Shown here piece after piece: positions 9,101 through 16,902 of a stretch of DNA of 64,000 bases. This stretch comes from an uncultured archaeon (lineage in GTDB: Archaea; Thermoproteota; Nitrososphaeria; Nitrososphaerales; Gagatemarchaeaceae). The notes beneath the pieces were generated by a model that saw only the letters and a program-made list of their open reading frames with translations, searched no databases and was not told the DNA's origin. A program made the translations under genes and the position numbers. The stretch is from the NCBI GenBank assembly GCA_963817525.1, contig CAWFOU010000001.1, forward strand, positions 192,001-256,000. The letters are read 5' to 3'. Positions within the stretch are counted from its first letter, which is position 1. Every line of letters begins with the position of its first letter.

Positions 9101-10200
9101 TGACCAACGGCCTCTACACGGCCCTGGTCTATCCGGAGACCGCCCAGAGCGACTACTCCTCGCTCATGCACTCCTCCTACGAGTCCTTTTCGCTCGTGCC
9201 ACTGAAGTTCGACCCCGGCATGGGCATGTGGACCGGCCAGGTGACCATGCCATCGCCCTACAACTCCTCGTCGGTCTCCTCCATCAACGCGAACGCCGAG
9301 TACTACGGAGGGCCTTACGACGTCTACGTCTCCGGGATATCGGCCGGCGGCGTCCCCACCGTGTCCGACCTCTCCGCCCAGCAAGGCTTCTACGTCCAGC
9401 CCTACGTCTTCACATCGGACACCGTGATGGTGGCCCCGCAGCAGACCTCTCGCATGGCGCTCTCCGACGTCACGATAAACGCCGGGTCTTCCCCGCTCGA
9501 CCTCTCCGGCGACTACTTCTTCGGGAACAACACGGTGACTGGCTCCGACGTGACCATTTCGGCGTCCACCGTGAGCGGGACCTTGAACCTCCAGGGCGGA
9601 CAATCCACCCTCGACGGCGTGACCGGTGGGGACGTTGTCGCCACTGACACCCACGTCATCCTCGAGCACACCTCTCTCTCTTCCCTCGACCTCGGCGCCG
9701 GGGCGACGGCGTCCATAGACCCCGCCTCGTCGTACCAGACAGTCGCACCCGCGCTCCCCGTCCTGACGATCACCTCTCCCCTGACGAACGCGAGCTACAC
9801 GGGCACGGTAAACGCGCAGGTCGCGGTGCAGGGGAGCGCGATAACGGCGGTCACGTTCCTCCTCGACGGGGAGCGGCTGCCCTCGCTGGGCGCCCCCAAC
9901 GGCACGGAGGTCTCGTATCCGCTCGACACCGCCTCGCTGCCCGACGGGACGCACACCCTTACAGTGGTCGTCGTCCAGTCGGACCTGCTCTCGACCACAG
10001 CCGCGGTCTCGTTTGTCACTCACAACCAGCTCGCCGCTGTCACCAGCAGCCTGGCCAGCGCCAACACGAGCATCTCCGACCTTAGGAGCACCGTCAACGA
10101 CCTGACGGACCTCGTCTATCTCGCGGTCGTTGTCGCAGTTGTCGCTATCGCTGTGGCCGGGTATGCCCTTCGCAAAGGGACCGCACCCTGGAAGTACTGA
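6199..10200 (+). CDS. S53 (sedolisin/kumamolisin) peptidase with prodomain, long C-terminal extension and membrane anchor
   Basis: Signal peptide, pro-kumamolisin-like prodomain, EIDLD (Glu/Asp), SSGDGG, GGTSEASP (Ser), YNLATGWGTP and a C-terminal TM helix. Confidence 0.92.
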   Translation: MRFFASPASFAAAIALLLLTPSFLVLSPATLAATPGQGQTPLAPVPPSSSPSSVSSYKTVGAADPAMSVLVSVAIPLRNLPLLSSLVRQSSDPSSPEFRHFLTYAEVSQEFLPTQAQYQSVVSYLTSRGFDIQSSSLNSMIVARGTVAQVNEYLGQGVQLYTNGTYSYYQTTGPSSLPGAYSFASNSTALLARPDIMMSGSAASGLIPSGNVTFTEGGQDTKLLRTVYNSTGLLSHGINGTGYTIGLLDFYGNPGVAQDLALYDSTYGYPAPPSFSISPIGPYNPNLGAAEGWDGEIDLDVQVSHAMAPGASIILYPANGALPLSTAVAAIVADGKANVVSQSFGLPEWEYYEAGPEGYLFNSVFTDDYYMLGSAMGMTFLASSGDGGGSGFSAGPEGGAEYPSSSPYVTALGGTDTYVSATASGGLSINQTAWSNIGFVPYFENEGGGGGGVSIIEPTPWYQSSLQVPASFPDGRMVPDLSLDASGEPGTFIIYEGVPTAVGGTSEASPLFAGLLTLLMGTEKGSLGLLNPAVYQIAGNSSTYQKAFTPITFGYTIPWVSKLGYNLATGWGTPNMGELASLYAAVSPSSSTLDVEVSLLDHGNANFSDFTPGQVIDVLASVTTPAGSTVTTGTFSATLQTLGGTSAPFSLTYNSTVQGFSGSIPVGNQSGIADIEVAGTSGGSRGESFASTFVGYLANFIQPLAPYPWTYLTGLETGVSITDLFGDKPAFNSTSVAFESYSILSNTYTPSASAVLQYSSSDGYYEGLLNESLPNGPTALIAQGSVVGYLPFVSGISLLGSDIYPQVVAQPGVVAPGQSLTIVATATAPENVYDVESLATDSTLGATIAEGANVTATLVSPTGVDLVNVSLPLQSCAQALRVCGASLSLINGYLTIPANASPGLYTVLLTANYNDETTSFDYGGSYFGQVYVAPGDSAPKITVSPSTLFEGENATITASIVAPDGLQVTNGLYTALVYPETAQSDYSSLMHSSYESFSLVPLKFDPGMGMWTGQVTMPSPYNSSSVSSINANAEYYGGPYDVYVSGISAGGVPTVSDLSAQQGFYVQPYVFTSDTVMVAPQQTSRMALSDVTINAGSSPLDLSGDYFFGNNTVTGSDVTISASTVSGTLNLQGGQSTLDGVTGGDVVATDTHVILEHTSLSSLDLGAGATASIDPASSYQTVAPALPVLTITSPLTNASYTGTVNAQVAVQGSAITAVTFLLDGERLPSLGAPNGTEVSYPLDTASLPDGTHTLTVVVVQSDLLSTTAAVSFVTHNQLAAVTSSLASANTSISDLRSTVNDLTDLVYLAVVVAVVAIAVAGYALRKGTAPWKY

Positions 10201-10239
10201 CGGCGACGGCCGTGTCAGGCTGGAGTAAGGGCTGAGTCG

Positions 10240-11148
10240 CTAGGGAGTCGCCGCGTCGGGCTTCTCCTCGTGCTCGCTCGCCGCGTCCCCGTCCAGCCTC
10301 ATCGCAGAGATCGCCCCCGCTACGGCCTGCGTAGCCTTTTCGCGCTCCTGCGCGAGCTGTAGGGCGACCTGCTTCGCGGACTCCACGTCGACCAGCTTGG
10401 CCCGGGCGTCGTTGAGCTTCCTTTCCGCCTCGACGTACTCCGATTCCCCATCCGCGGAGGCGCCCGCCGCTGTCGCTCGGGTCTTGCGCGACCTCTCAAT
10501 CTCCTCGCCCAGCGCGCTGATCTTCGACTCGACCTCCTTGACCTCGGCCTCGGCCTTCGCGGTGGCGGCGCCCGTCTTGAGAAGGCGGCGCGTGAAATAG
10601 CCTCTCGACTGGTCGACGGCCTTCAACTCCTCGACCTTGTCCTTCTTGGCCTTCAGGTCCTTCACGCACGCTTCGCGCTCGTTCTTCAGCGAAACCAGCC
10701 TCGCCGCGGCCTTCCTCTTGGCTTCCTCGAGTGACGCCTTCGCCTCCTCCTCTATCCTGAGCAGCTTCTCTATCTCAGAGTCAAATGCGCTCGAGCCCGA
10801 CGATAGCGCAAGGTGAGCCTCCGCCTCCTTCCTCTTGGCCTGGAACTCCTCGGTGGTCCTCTCCTCCCCTATCTTCTCCTCAAAGTCGTCCAGGAGGGAG
10901 TCGAAGTTCCTCTTCCAGTGGTCGAGGTCGTAGCCGCCAGGCTCGGAGGAGAGGACTTGGTGGCCGAGCCGGTCGAGCGCCAGGACGGTCCTCGTCCTCA
11001 CTGCTTCCAGGTCGAGGCTCCCTGACTCTTGGAGGTGGCCCAGTCTGTGGGTGTGGAACTCCTGCTTCTTCCTCTTCTGCTTCTTCTCCTTGCTCGAGAA
11101 CCCCTTCGCCCCAGAGCGCGTCCTCCCTGTCTGGCTGCCGAAGCTCAA
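10240..11148 (-). CDS. coiled-coil hypothetical protein
   Basis: 302 aa, E/K/A-rich helical sequence, host codon usage. Confidence 0.75.
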   Translation of the reverse strand: MSFGSQTGRTRSGAKGFSSKEKKQKRKKQEFHTHRLGHLQESGSLDLEAVRTRTVLALDRLGHQVLSSEPGGYDLDHWKRNFDSLLDDFEEKIGEERTTEEFQAKRKEAEAHLALSSGSSAFDSEIEKLLRIEEEAKASLEEAKRKAAARLVSLKNEREACVKDLKAKKDKVEELKAVDQSRGYFTRRLLKTGAATAKAEAEVKEVESKISALGEEIERSRKTRATAAGASADGESEYVEAERKLNDARAKLVDVESAKQVALQLAQEREKATQAVAGAISAMRLDGDAASEHEEKPDAATP

Positions 11149-11197
11149 AGCGACCTACACCCGTCCGTGGCTCCCCGTTTAAAGGTGAAGCGGAGCG

Positions 11198-11620
11198 TCA
11201 GCCGAGCTTCGCGATCTCGGCCGCGATCGACTTTGCGACCCTGGCCATCTCGGCGTCCTCCATCTTCATCCTGGCGAACCTCCCCTTGTCCGCTAGGTTG
11301 CTCGGGATGACGTGGACGTGGATGTGCGCCACCGCCTGGTTCGCCGCCTCGCCGTTGTTCTGCATTATCCTAAAGCCGTCGGCGTTGGTCGCCGCGACCA
11401 CCCCCTTGGAGACCTTCGATGCGACCATGAACACCTCGGCGATCTCGCGCTCGTCCATGTCCCAGAGGGTCTCCCCGTGCCTCCTCGTACAGACCAGGGT
11501 GTGGCCAGGCGAGAACGGGTTGATGTCCAAGAAGGCGACGTGGCGCTCGTCCTCGAAGACCTTGTGGGAGGGGAGCTTCCCCGCGATTATCTTGCAGAAC
11601 ACGCAGTCCTCCTGGGGCAC
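11198..11620 (-). CDS. HIT family hydrolase
   Basis: DCVFCKI, FLDINP, NNGEAANQAVAHIHVHVIP histidine triad; probable GTG start at 11620. Confidence 0.93.
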   Translation of the reverse strand: MPQEDCVFCKIIAGKLPSHKVFEDERHVAFLDINPFSPGHTLVCTRRHGETLWDMDEREIAEVFMVASKVSKGVVAATNADGFRIMQNNGEAANQAVAHIHVHVIPSNLADKGRFARMKMEDAEMARVAKSIAAEIAKLG

Positions 11621-11762
11621 GCTCGCCGAATTGTAGATCCTCCTTGGGGCCCTGCTCAAAGTCCGCGTCTTCATCGCCACGGCGTCATTTTTCTAAACCT
11701 TTCCCCGCAAAAGGGGGAACGGATATAACCAGAACCGGACGACGCGCACCACGATAGGACAC

Positions 11763-11969
11763 ATGGGATCTGCATCTCCTTCGTCGCAGTCCTCCCTCGG
11801 CAGGAAGGACGTGAGGAGGATGCTGACCGTCTTCGCCGTCCTGGCCGTCGCAGGGGTGCTCTTGTTCGCGTTCTCGCGCATCCTGGGGCTCCTGATCCTC
11901 GTGGCTGCCGAGGTCTTCTTCGTCATCGCCTACCGCAGGTTCTCGAAGATCTCCAAAGGCGAGGGCTGA
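11763..11969 (+). CDS. small membrane protein
   Basis: 68 aa with two TM helices; TATAA upstream. Confidence 0.6.
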   Translation: MGSASPSSQSSLGRKDVRRMLTVFAVLAVAGVLLFAFSRILGLLILVAAEVFFVIAYRRFSKISKGEG

Positions 11970-11975
11970 TCCGGG

Positions 11976-12463
11976 TCAGGCACTCGGCCGCCTCGCGTCG
12001 CCCGACCACCTCTCCGCAGCCGGGTGGTCCTCTCTGACCGCCACAAAAGTCCCGTGCAGCATCGCGGTCACGGGCCCGTCCGCCCTCAGGGTGGACTCCA
12101 CCACCACCTTCCGACCGGCGACCTCCTTGGTCCTCGCCTCGAGGACAGAGGCGCGATGTGGGTTGGCTTGAGAAACTCCACGAAGATCGAGGCTGTCACG
12201 GTCGGGGGCGGCGCCTTGGACCCCGCGCTGACCATCAGAGAATAGGCCGCCGTCCAGTTGCTGTGGCAGTCGAGGACCGTCGAGATCACTCCTCCGCTCA
12301 GGAACCCGTCGAACGCGTGGTGATACGGCTTGGGCGTCCACCTCGCCACCAGCGAGTCCCCCTCGACGAAGCTGCGTATCTTGAGGCCTCGCTGGTTGGA
12401 GGGCCCGCAGCCAAAGCAGACGCTCGACGGCGCGTACTGCTCCTGCAGGCTCTCCTGCCCCAC
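11976..12463 (-). CDS. PaaI-family thioesterase, frameshifted at ~12148
   Basis: CFGCGPSN and GGVISTVLD in ORF 12086..12463; continues as VLEARTKEVAGRKVVVE...GTFVAV in ORF 11976..12341. One base appears missing at CCTCTGTCCTC. Confidence 0.85.
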
Positions 12464-12562
12464 GGCCTTTCGTGGGCGGCCGGCGCTCCCTTTATCCTAT
12501 CCGGCCGACCGGCCGCGTTGGCGCTTAAATCCCGGAGGCGGGTAATCGGCGGGTGCCTGTGG

Positions 12563-12742
12563 TTGAGGAGGGGACTTTGCTTCAGGTGCGGCCGAGAGAT
12601 AGGCGGGTTCCTCAGGCCGCCCGCCTGGAGGTGCGCCGTCTGTCAGCACCTCTACTGCGAGGGTTGCGCCAAGAAGAAGGTGGGACTCATCTTGAAAAAG
12701 CCGACATGCCCTGAGTGCAAGGTCGAGCTGCGGGAAGGGTGA
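12563..12742 (+). CDS. small Cys-rich zinc-finger protein (RING/FYVE-like), 59 aa
   Basis: CFRC, CAVC, YCEGC and CPEC: four CxxC pairs; TTG start assumed; TTAAAT upstream. Confidence 0.7.
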   Translation: MRRGLCFRCGREIGGFLRPPAWRCAVCQHLYCEGCAKKKVGLILKKPTCPECKVELREG

Positions 12743-12748
12743 CGGGGC

Positions 12749-13243
12749 TCAGGTCAGCTCGACCGACCCGAGCCAGGTCGTCGTCTGGGAGAGGCTGTCG
12801 GTGACCTTGATCGTATACGTGCACGTCCATCCCGCCTGTTGTCCCGCCGGGATGAGGGGTATGGTGCCGGCGCCCTTGGAGGAGTCGTAGGTGAAGTTGA
12901 TCACCGTGTAGGTCGTCGACTCTCCTACGGTCGAGTTGGGCCCCGTGCAGAGCCGTGAGCCCGAGACCGCGGAGACCCGGGTCGAGAAGGCGACCGTGAA
13001 GTACGCAGTGACCACGCTCTCGTTCTGTGTCACCTTCGTCAGCCCCCCGCTGTGGAGCGCGACGCCCTGTGCGGAGGTCCCCCAGTAGACGGTGTTGAAG
13101 ACGGGCTGTGACGTCGCGCTCTGCCCGGGAGAGAAGCTGGAGAGGAGGAGGACCACCGCGATCAGCGCGACGAGCTGGATGACGACTATCCCCACCTCTC
13201 CGCGCTCCAGCTTCATTGGGTCTGCCTGACCATTCCCTCGCAC
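12749..13243 (-). CDS. membrane-anchored secreted hypothetical protein
   Basis: N-terminal TM helix followed by an S/T-rich beta-type domain. Confidence 0.7.
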   Translation of the reverse strand: MRGNGQADPMKLERGEVGIVVIQLVALIAVVLLLSSFSPGQSATSQPVFNTVYWGTSAQGVALHSGGLTKVTQNESVVTAYFTVAFSTRVSAVSGSRLCTGPNSTVGESTTYTVINFTYDSSKGAGTIPLIPAGQQAGWTCTYTIKVTDSLSQTTTWLGSVELT

Positions 13244-13268
13244 GAATATACGTTGCTGTGGGGCTGCT

Positions 13269-14363
13269 CTACTTTCCCGTGGCTTCCAGGGCCGCCAGGA
13301 AGCGGTCGTTCTGGTCCTTCGTGCCTATCGTCAGGCGGAGGCAGTCGCCTATCTCGCTGGCCTTCGAGTAGCTGCGGAGGACGAACCCCTTCCTCATCAG
13401 GGCCTCGTGGAGCGCCGCTGCTCCCGCAGTCCCTCCTCTTACCCTGAGCAGGATGAAGTTGGTCTGCCCGGGATAGGCGCGGACGGAGCCCGTCCCCTCG
13501 ATGGTCTTGAAGACCCTCTTCCTCTCGCTCACTATCCTCCTCACGTTGCCGCGCATCTCCCCGAGGTTGCGCAGGGCGTCCTCCGCGAGCACGAGCGAGG
13601 CGACGGTGAGGCTGTTGGGGGGTCGCACCAGGTTGAGCTGGTCGACCGTCTCGCGCCTCGCGACAAGGTATCCCACCCTCACCCCGGCCATCGAGAAGGC
13701 CTTCGAGAACGTCCTGCAGACCACCAGGTTGTCGTACCTCTCAGTGAGGTCCATCGCCGTCTCTCCCCAGAACTCAAAGTATGCCTCGTCCACCGCCACC
13801 GCGACCTTAGCTTCCCTCGCGATCTTCTCGACTTCGGAGATGGGCGTGGGGTTCCCGGTGGGGCTGTTGGGGTTGCAGAGGAAGATGAGCTTTGTCCTAG
13901 GTGTCAGCGCTGCGAGCACGTCGTCCGCGCCTATGGAGAAGTCTCCCGAGTCCCTCTTCACGTACACCATGCGGGCCCCCATGACCTCCGAGGCGACCCT
14001 GAACATCGAGTAGGTCGGGACGGGCATGACGACCTCGTCGCCGTTGTCGAGCACCGTCTTGCAGATGATGTCCAGCCCCTCGTCGGCCCCGTTGGTCACG
14101 ACGAACCTGTCCACTCCGACCCCGCAGTAGCCCGCGAGCCCCCTGCGCAGGTCGAGATACGAGGTGTCCGGGTACTGGTTGACCTCCAGCTTCAGGGCCT
14201 TCTTCGACAGGAGCCTGAGCTCGGGCAGGGGGGCGAAGGGAGAGGTGTTTGTGTCGAGCCTGACTATCTGCCCCACCTTCAGCCCCACCTTCTCGGCGAT
14301 CTCGTGGCTCGGGGTCTCCCAGCCGTAGGCGCCAAAGTCGCCGAACATCTTCCTGATTCTCAA
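13269..14363 (-). CDS. hisC: histidinol-phosphate aminotransferase
   Basis: NQYPD, TNGADE, CNPNSPTG, VDEAYFEF, RTFSKAFSMAGVRVGY. Confidence 0.92.
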   Translation of the reverse strand: MRIRKMFGDFGAYGWETPSHEIAEKVGLKVGQIVRLDTNTSPFAPLPELRLLSKKALKLEVNQYPDTSYLDLRRGLAGYCGVGVDRFVVTNGADEGLDIICKTVLDNGDEVVMPVPTYSMFRVASEVMGARMVYVKRDSGDFSIGADDVLAALTPRTKLIFLCNPNSPTGNPTPISEVEKIAREAKVAVAVDEAYFEFWGETAMDLTERYDNLVVCRTFSKAFSMAGVRVGYLVARRETVDQLNLVRPPNSLTVASLVLAEDALRNLGEMRGNVRRIVSERKRVFKTIEGTGSVRAYPGQTNFILLRVRGGTAGAAALHEALMRKGFVLRSYSKASEIGDCLRLTIGTKDQNDRFLAALEATGK

Positions 14364-14410
14364 GTGTCGTCTCCTCCCCGGCCACTACGTCATTAAAGCT
14401 GTTCGAAAGG

Positions 14411-14944
14411 TCAGTACCTGTTGTAGAACCTGGCCTTGAGGTTGCGATTCCAGAGCCTGGCCGCGATGACTCCCGCCACCGCCCCGCTGACGACCCCAAA
14501 CACGAGGATCGTTGCGTCAGTGACCGGGTCGTGAGGGACACCCTTGAACGAGGCGGGGAACGCGAACACGCTGACGTAGAACGCCCCCAGCCCGACCACG
14601 CCCGTGCTTACCATCATGCACGCCGCGAGCCTGACTGAGCTCGCAACCCCGTCCTTCTGGACTCGGAAGAGGGCGCCGAGGACGTCCACGAGCACGCCAA
14701 AGAGGGTCGCGAAGACGAGGTCCACCGGGAAGAACCCGAGCTTGACCACCGTTATCAGGAGCCCACTGACGACCCCGACGTAGCTCGCACCGCCCCGCCC
14801 AACCACGAGGTAGCTCAGGGCGAGCAGGAGCGACTGGATCACTATCAGAAAGTCAGAGTCGGGGGCCGGGATGAACCCGTTGGTCACCAGGATCATGGCG
14901 CCGAATATGGCGCCCAGGGCGATCCTCCTAGAGCTGCTGACCAA
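14411..14944 (-). CDS. membrane protein, ECF S-component-like
   Basis: 177 aa, 5-6 TM helices, Gly-rich. Confidence 0.6.
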   Translation of the reverse strand: MVSSSRRIALGAIFGAMILVTNGFIPAPDSDFLIVIQSLLLALSYLVVGRGGASYVGVVSGLLITVVKLGFFPVDLVFATLFGVLVDVLGALFRVQKDGVASSVRLAACMMVSTGVVGLGAFYVSVFAFPASFKGVPHDPVTDATILVFGVVSGAVAGVIAARLWNRNLKARFYNRY

Positions 14945-14988
14945 ACGGGGGCGCGACCTGCAAACGGGATTTAAGCGTTGACGAGTGT

Positions 14989-16205
14989 GGCTCTGGTACG
15001 TCTTCGGAAGATGGGCGCTTATATCGTGAAATCGCCTTTCAGGGCATGGAGTCGGTTAGGGCGATCCGCTTCAGGTACGAGGCCTCCGAGGAGCTGTCCT
15101 CCCTTTTCGAGGAGTTCGGCCTCATGTGCAACGACGCCATCAGGATTGCCCTGAAGGAGAAGCCAAAGAGCAGGTTCAGGCTCATCGAGCTCGCCTACCC
15201 CGGGCTCAAGGAGTACGGACTACACACCCACTACATCCTCTCGGCCTGCGAGGTCGCCTATTCCGCCTACAAGAACCGGAAGAGAAAGTCCGCACCCCGC
15301 ATAACAAGGCCGTTCATCAAGCTCGACAGCAAGACATACACCCTGAACCACTTAATCGTCAGGATTCCGACGCGCCCCAGGCATTTCATCTACCTGACCC
15401 TGCACGCGTCCAACTACCACCTCTCCTTTATCGACGACCCCACTTTGAAGCGGGGTCAGATCACCCTGACTGACACAGCGCTCGCGATTGCTTTCACCAA
15501 GAAGGCCGTCGAAACCGAGGCCCGAGGCAGGATGGGGATAGACGTGAACGAGAGGAACGTTACCTGGGCCGACTCGGCAGGGACGGTGCGGAAGGAAGAC
15601 ACGTCGGTGGTCGCGGAGCTCAAGGAGAGATACAAGGCGCTCAGGGCGAAGATCGCCGAGCGGACGAGCAAGGACCGACGCATCCAACGAAAGCTCCTCT
15701 CAAAGTACGGGAGGCGCGAGAGGGACAGGACGACCCAGGCCCTACACCGCGTCACGAAGAGGATCGTCGGGCACGCGGAGGCGAACGGCCAGGCGATCGT
15801 CATGGAGAACCTTAGAGGCATCAGGAAGCTCTATCGCAGAGGGAACGGACAAGGACCGTCCTTCAGGGGAAGGATGAACTCGTGGACGTTCCGCGAGATC
15901 CAGCGGCAGATCGAGTACAAGGCGCGATGGGAGGGCGTCCCCGTCCACTACGTCGACCCCAGAGGCACGTCCCGAAATTGCCCGAAGTGTGGCTCCTCTC
16001 TCATACAACTCGAAGGGCGCAGGCTCTTGTGCCATTCGTGCAAGCAGACCGAGGATAGGGACGACATTGCCGCGATGAACATAATGGCCTGCGCGGTTCC
16101 GCAGGCTCGGCCTGGCGGGTGAAGCTGTGATGGGGAACGAGACGTCGACTCCAATCCTCGGAGCAGATGCCAGGAAGGCGCGTCTCCGGAAGGCGCACCA
16201 GAACC
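14989..16205 (+). mobile_element. non-autonomous tnpB element with TIRs and an 8-bp flanking direct repeat
   Basis: Left end GGCTCTGGTACGTCTTCGGAAGATGGGC versus reverse complement of right end GGTTCTGGTGCGCCTTCCGGAGACGCGC (21/28); flanks ACGAGTGT (14981-14988) and ACGAGCGT (16206-16213). Confidence 0.75.
15046..16122 (+). CDS. tnpB: RNA-guided endonuclease TnpB
   Basis: RuvC-I GIDVN, RuvC-II IVMENL, IEYKA, zinc ribbon TSRNCPKCG/CHSC, RuvC-III DRDDIAAMNI. Confidence 0.95.
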   Translation: MESVRAIRFRYEASEELSSLFEEFGLMCNDAIRIALKEKPKSRFRLIELAYPGLKEYGLHTHYILSACEVAYSAYKNRKRKSAPRITRPFIKLDSKTYTLNHLIVRIPTRPRHFIYLTLHASNYHLSFIDDPTLKRGQITLTDTALAIAFTKKAVETEARGRMGIDVNERNVTWADSAGTVRKEDTSVVAELKERYKALRAKIAERTSKDRRIQRKLLSKYGRRERDRTTQALHRVTKRIVGHAEANGQAIVMENLRGIRKLYRRGNGQGPSFRGRMNSWTFREIQRQIEYKARWEGVPVHYVDPRGTSRNCPKCGSSLIQLEGRRLLCHSCKQTEDRDDIAAMNIMACAVPQARPGG

Positions 16206-16225
16206 ACGAGCGTTCGATAGTCCCG
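16090..16225 (+). ncRNA. putative omegaRNA (TnpB guide scaffold plus flank-derived guide)
   Basis: Conserved with the second element: GGTTC...TGAAGCyGTGAwGGGGAACGAGACG...TCCrATCCTCrGAGCAGAwGCC..GAAG-hairpin-CAGAACC. Boundaries approximate. Confidence 0.7.
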
Positions 16226-16318
16226 CGCCTCGAGCCGGGGACGACCCGGCCCTCTCCCCGCTGACCCCTGCACAACTGTTAATAACGTTCCAACCCCTCT
16301 TGGAGAGAGCGCATACAG

Positions 16319-16900
16319 GTGCAGAAGAGCAAGCCAGGGCCAAACGAGATCCTCGCCGTGGCCGCGCGGCTCTTCGCGGAGAGGGGCTACTCGAACGTCT
16401 CGATAAGGGACGTCTGCAAGGAGGCCAAGACCAGCGCTCCCATGATCTACTACTACTTCAAGGACAAGAAGGGCCTCTTCAGGGAGGCCGTCAGCGACAA
16501 GCTGAGCCTGCGCCAGTTCATCTCCCGTCTCAAGGAAGACTCGGCGACCAAGGACATCCCCAAGGCGGTAGCGTCGTTCGTCAAGATCTACCTGACCGCC
16601 TTCCCCGATGCGGCATTCGACCCGGGTCTCTACATGAGGGAGACCGCCAAGCTAGACAACCGGAGCGCCGAGGTGGTGAGCAGGCAGCTGGACGAGGTCC
16701 AGACCATAGCCACCTCGATAGTCCAGAAGGGGATGAGGTCGGGCGACTTCCGGGCGGTGAACGCCGAGGAGGCCGCCGACTGCCTGATCGGGATGCTGAA
16801 CCACGTGGTCTTCCAAAAGATCCACTTCTCGAAGACGCTGGACATCGACGCAAAGGCCGAAGTCATCACGTCCTTCTTCCTCAACGCGATGAGGCCGTAG
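16319..16900 (+). CDS. TetR/AcrR family transcriptional regulator
   Basis: ILAVAARLFAERGYSNVSIRDVCKEAKTSAPMIYYYFKDKKGL HTH. Confidence 0.93.
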   Translation: MQKSKPGPNEILAVAARLFAERGYSNVSIRDVCKEAKTSAPMIYYYFKDKKGLFREAVSDKLSLRQFISRLKEDSATKDIPKAVASFVKIYLTAFPDAAFDPGLYMRETAKLDNRSAEVVSRQLDEVQTIATSIVQKGMRSGDFRAVNAEEAADCLIGMLNHVVFQKIHFSKTLDIDAKAEVITSFFLNAMRP

Positions 16901-16902
16901 GC

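Noticed and set aside
8431-10023. Long antisense and alternate-frame ORFs (for example 530 aa here, 13407..14396, 29026..29985, 38863..40005)
   Set aside because: Shadows of real high-GC genes: R/G/P-rich, with no recognisable motifs.
12140-12160. Programmed frameshift in the thioesterase
   Set aside because: No slippery sequence; a single missing base is better explained by assembly error or recent mutation.
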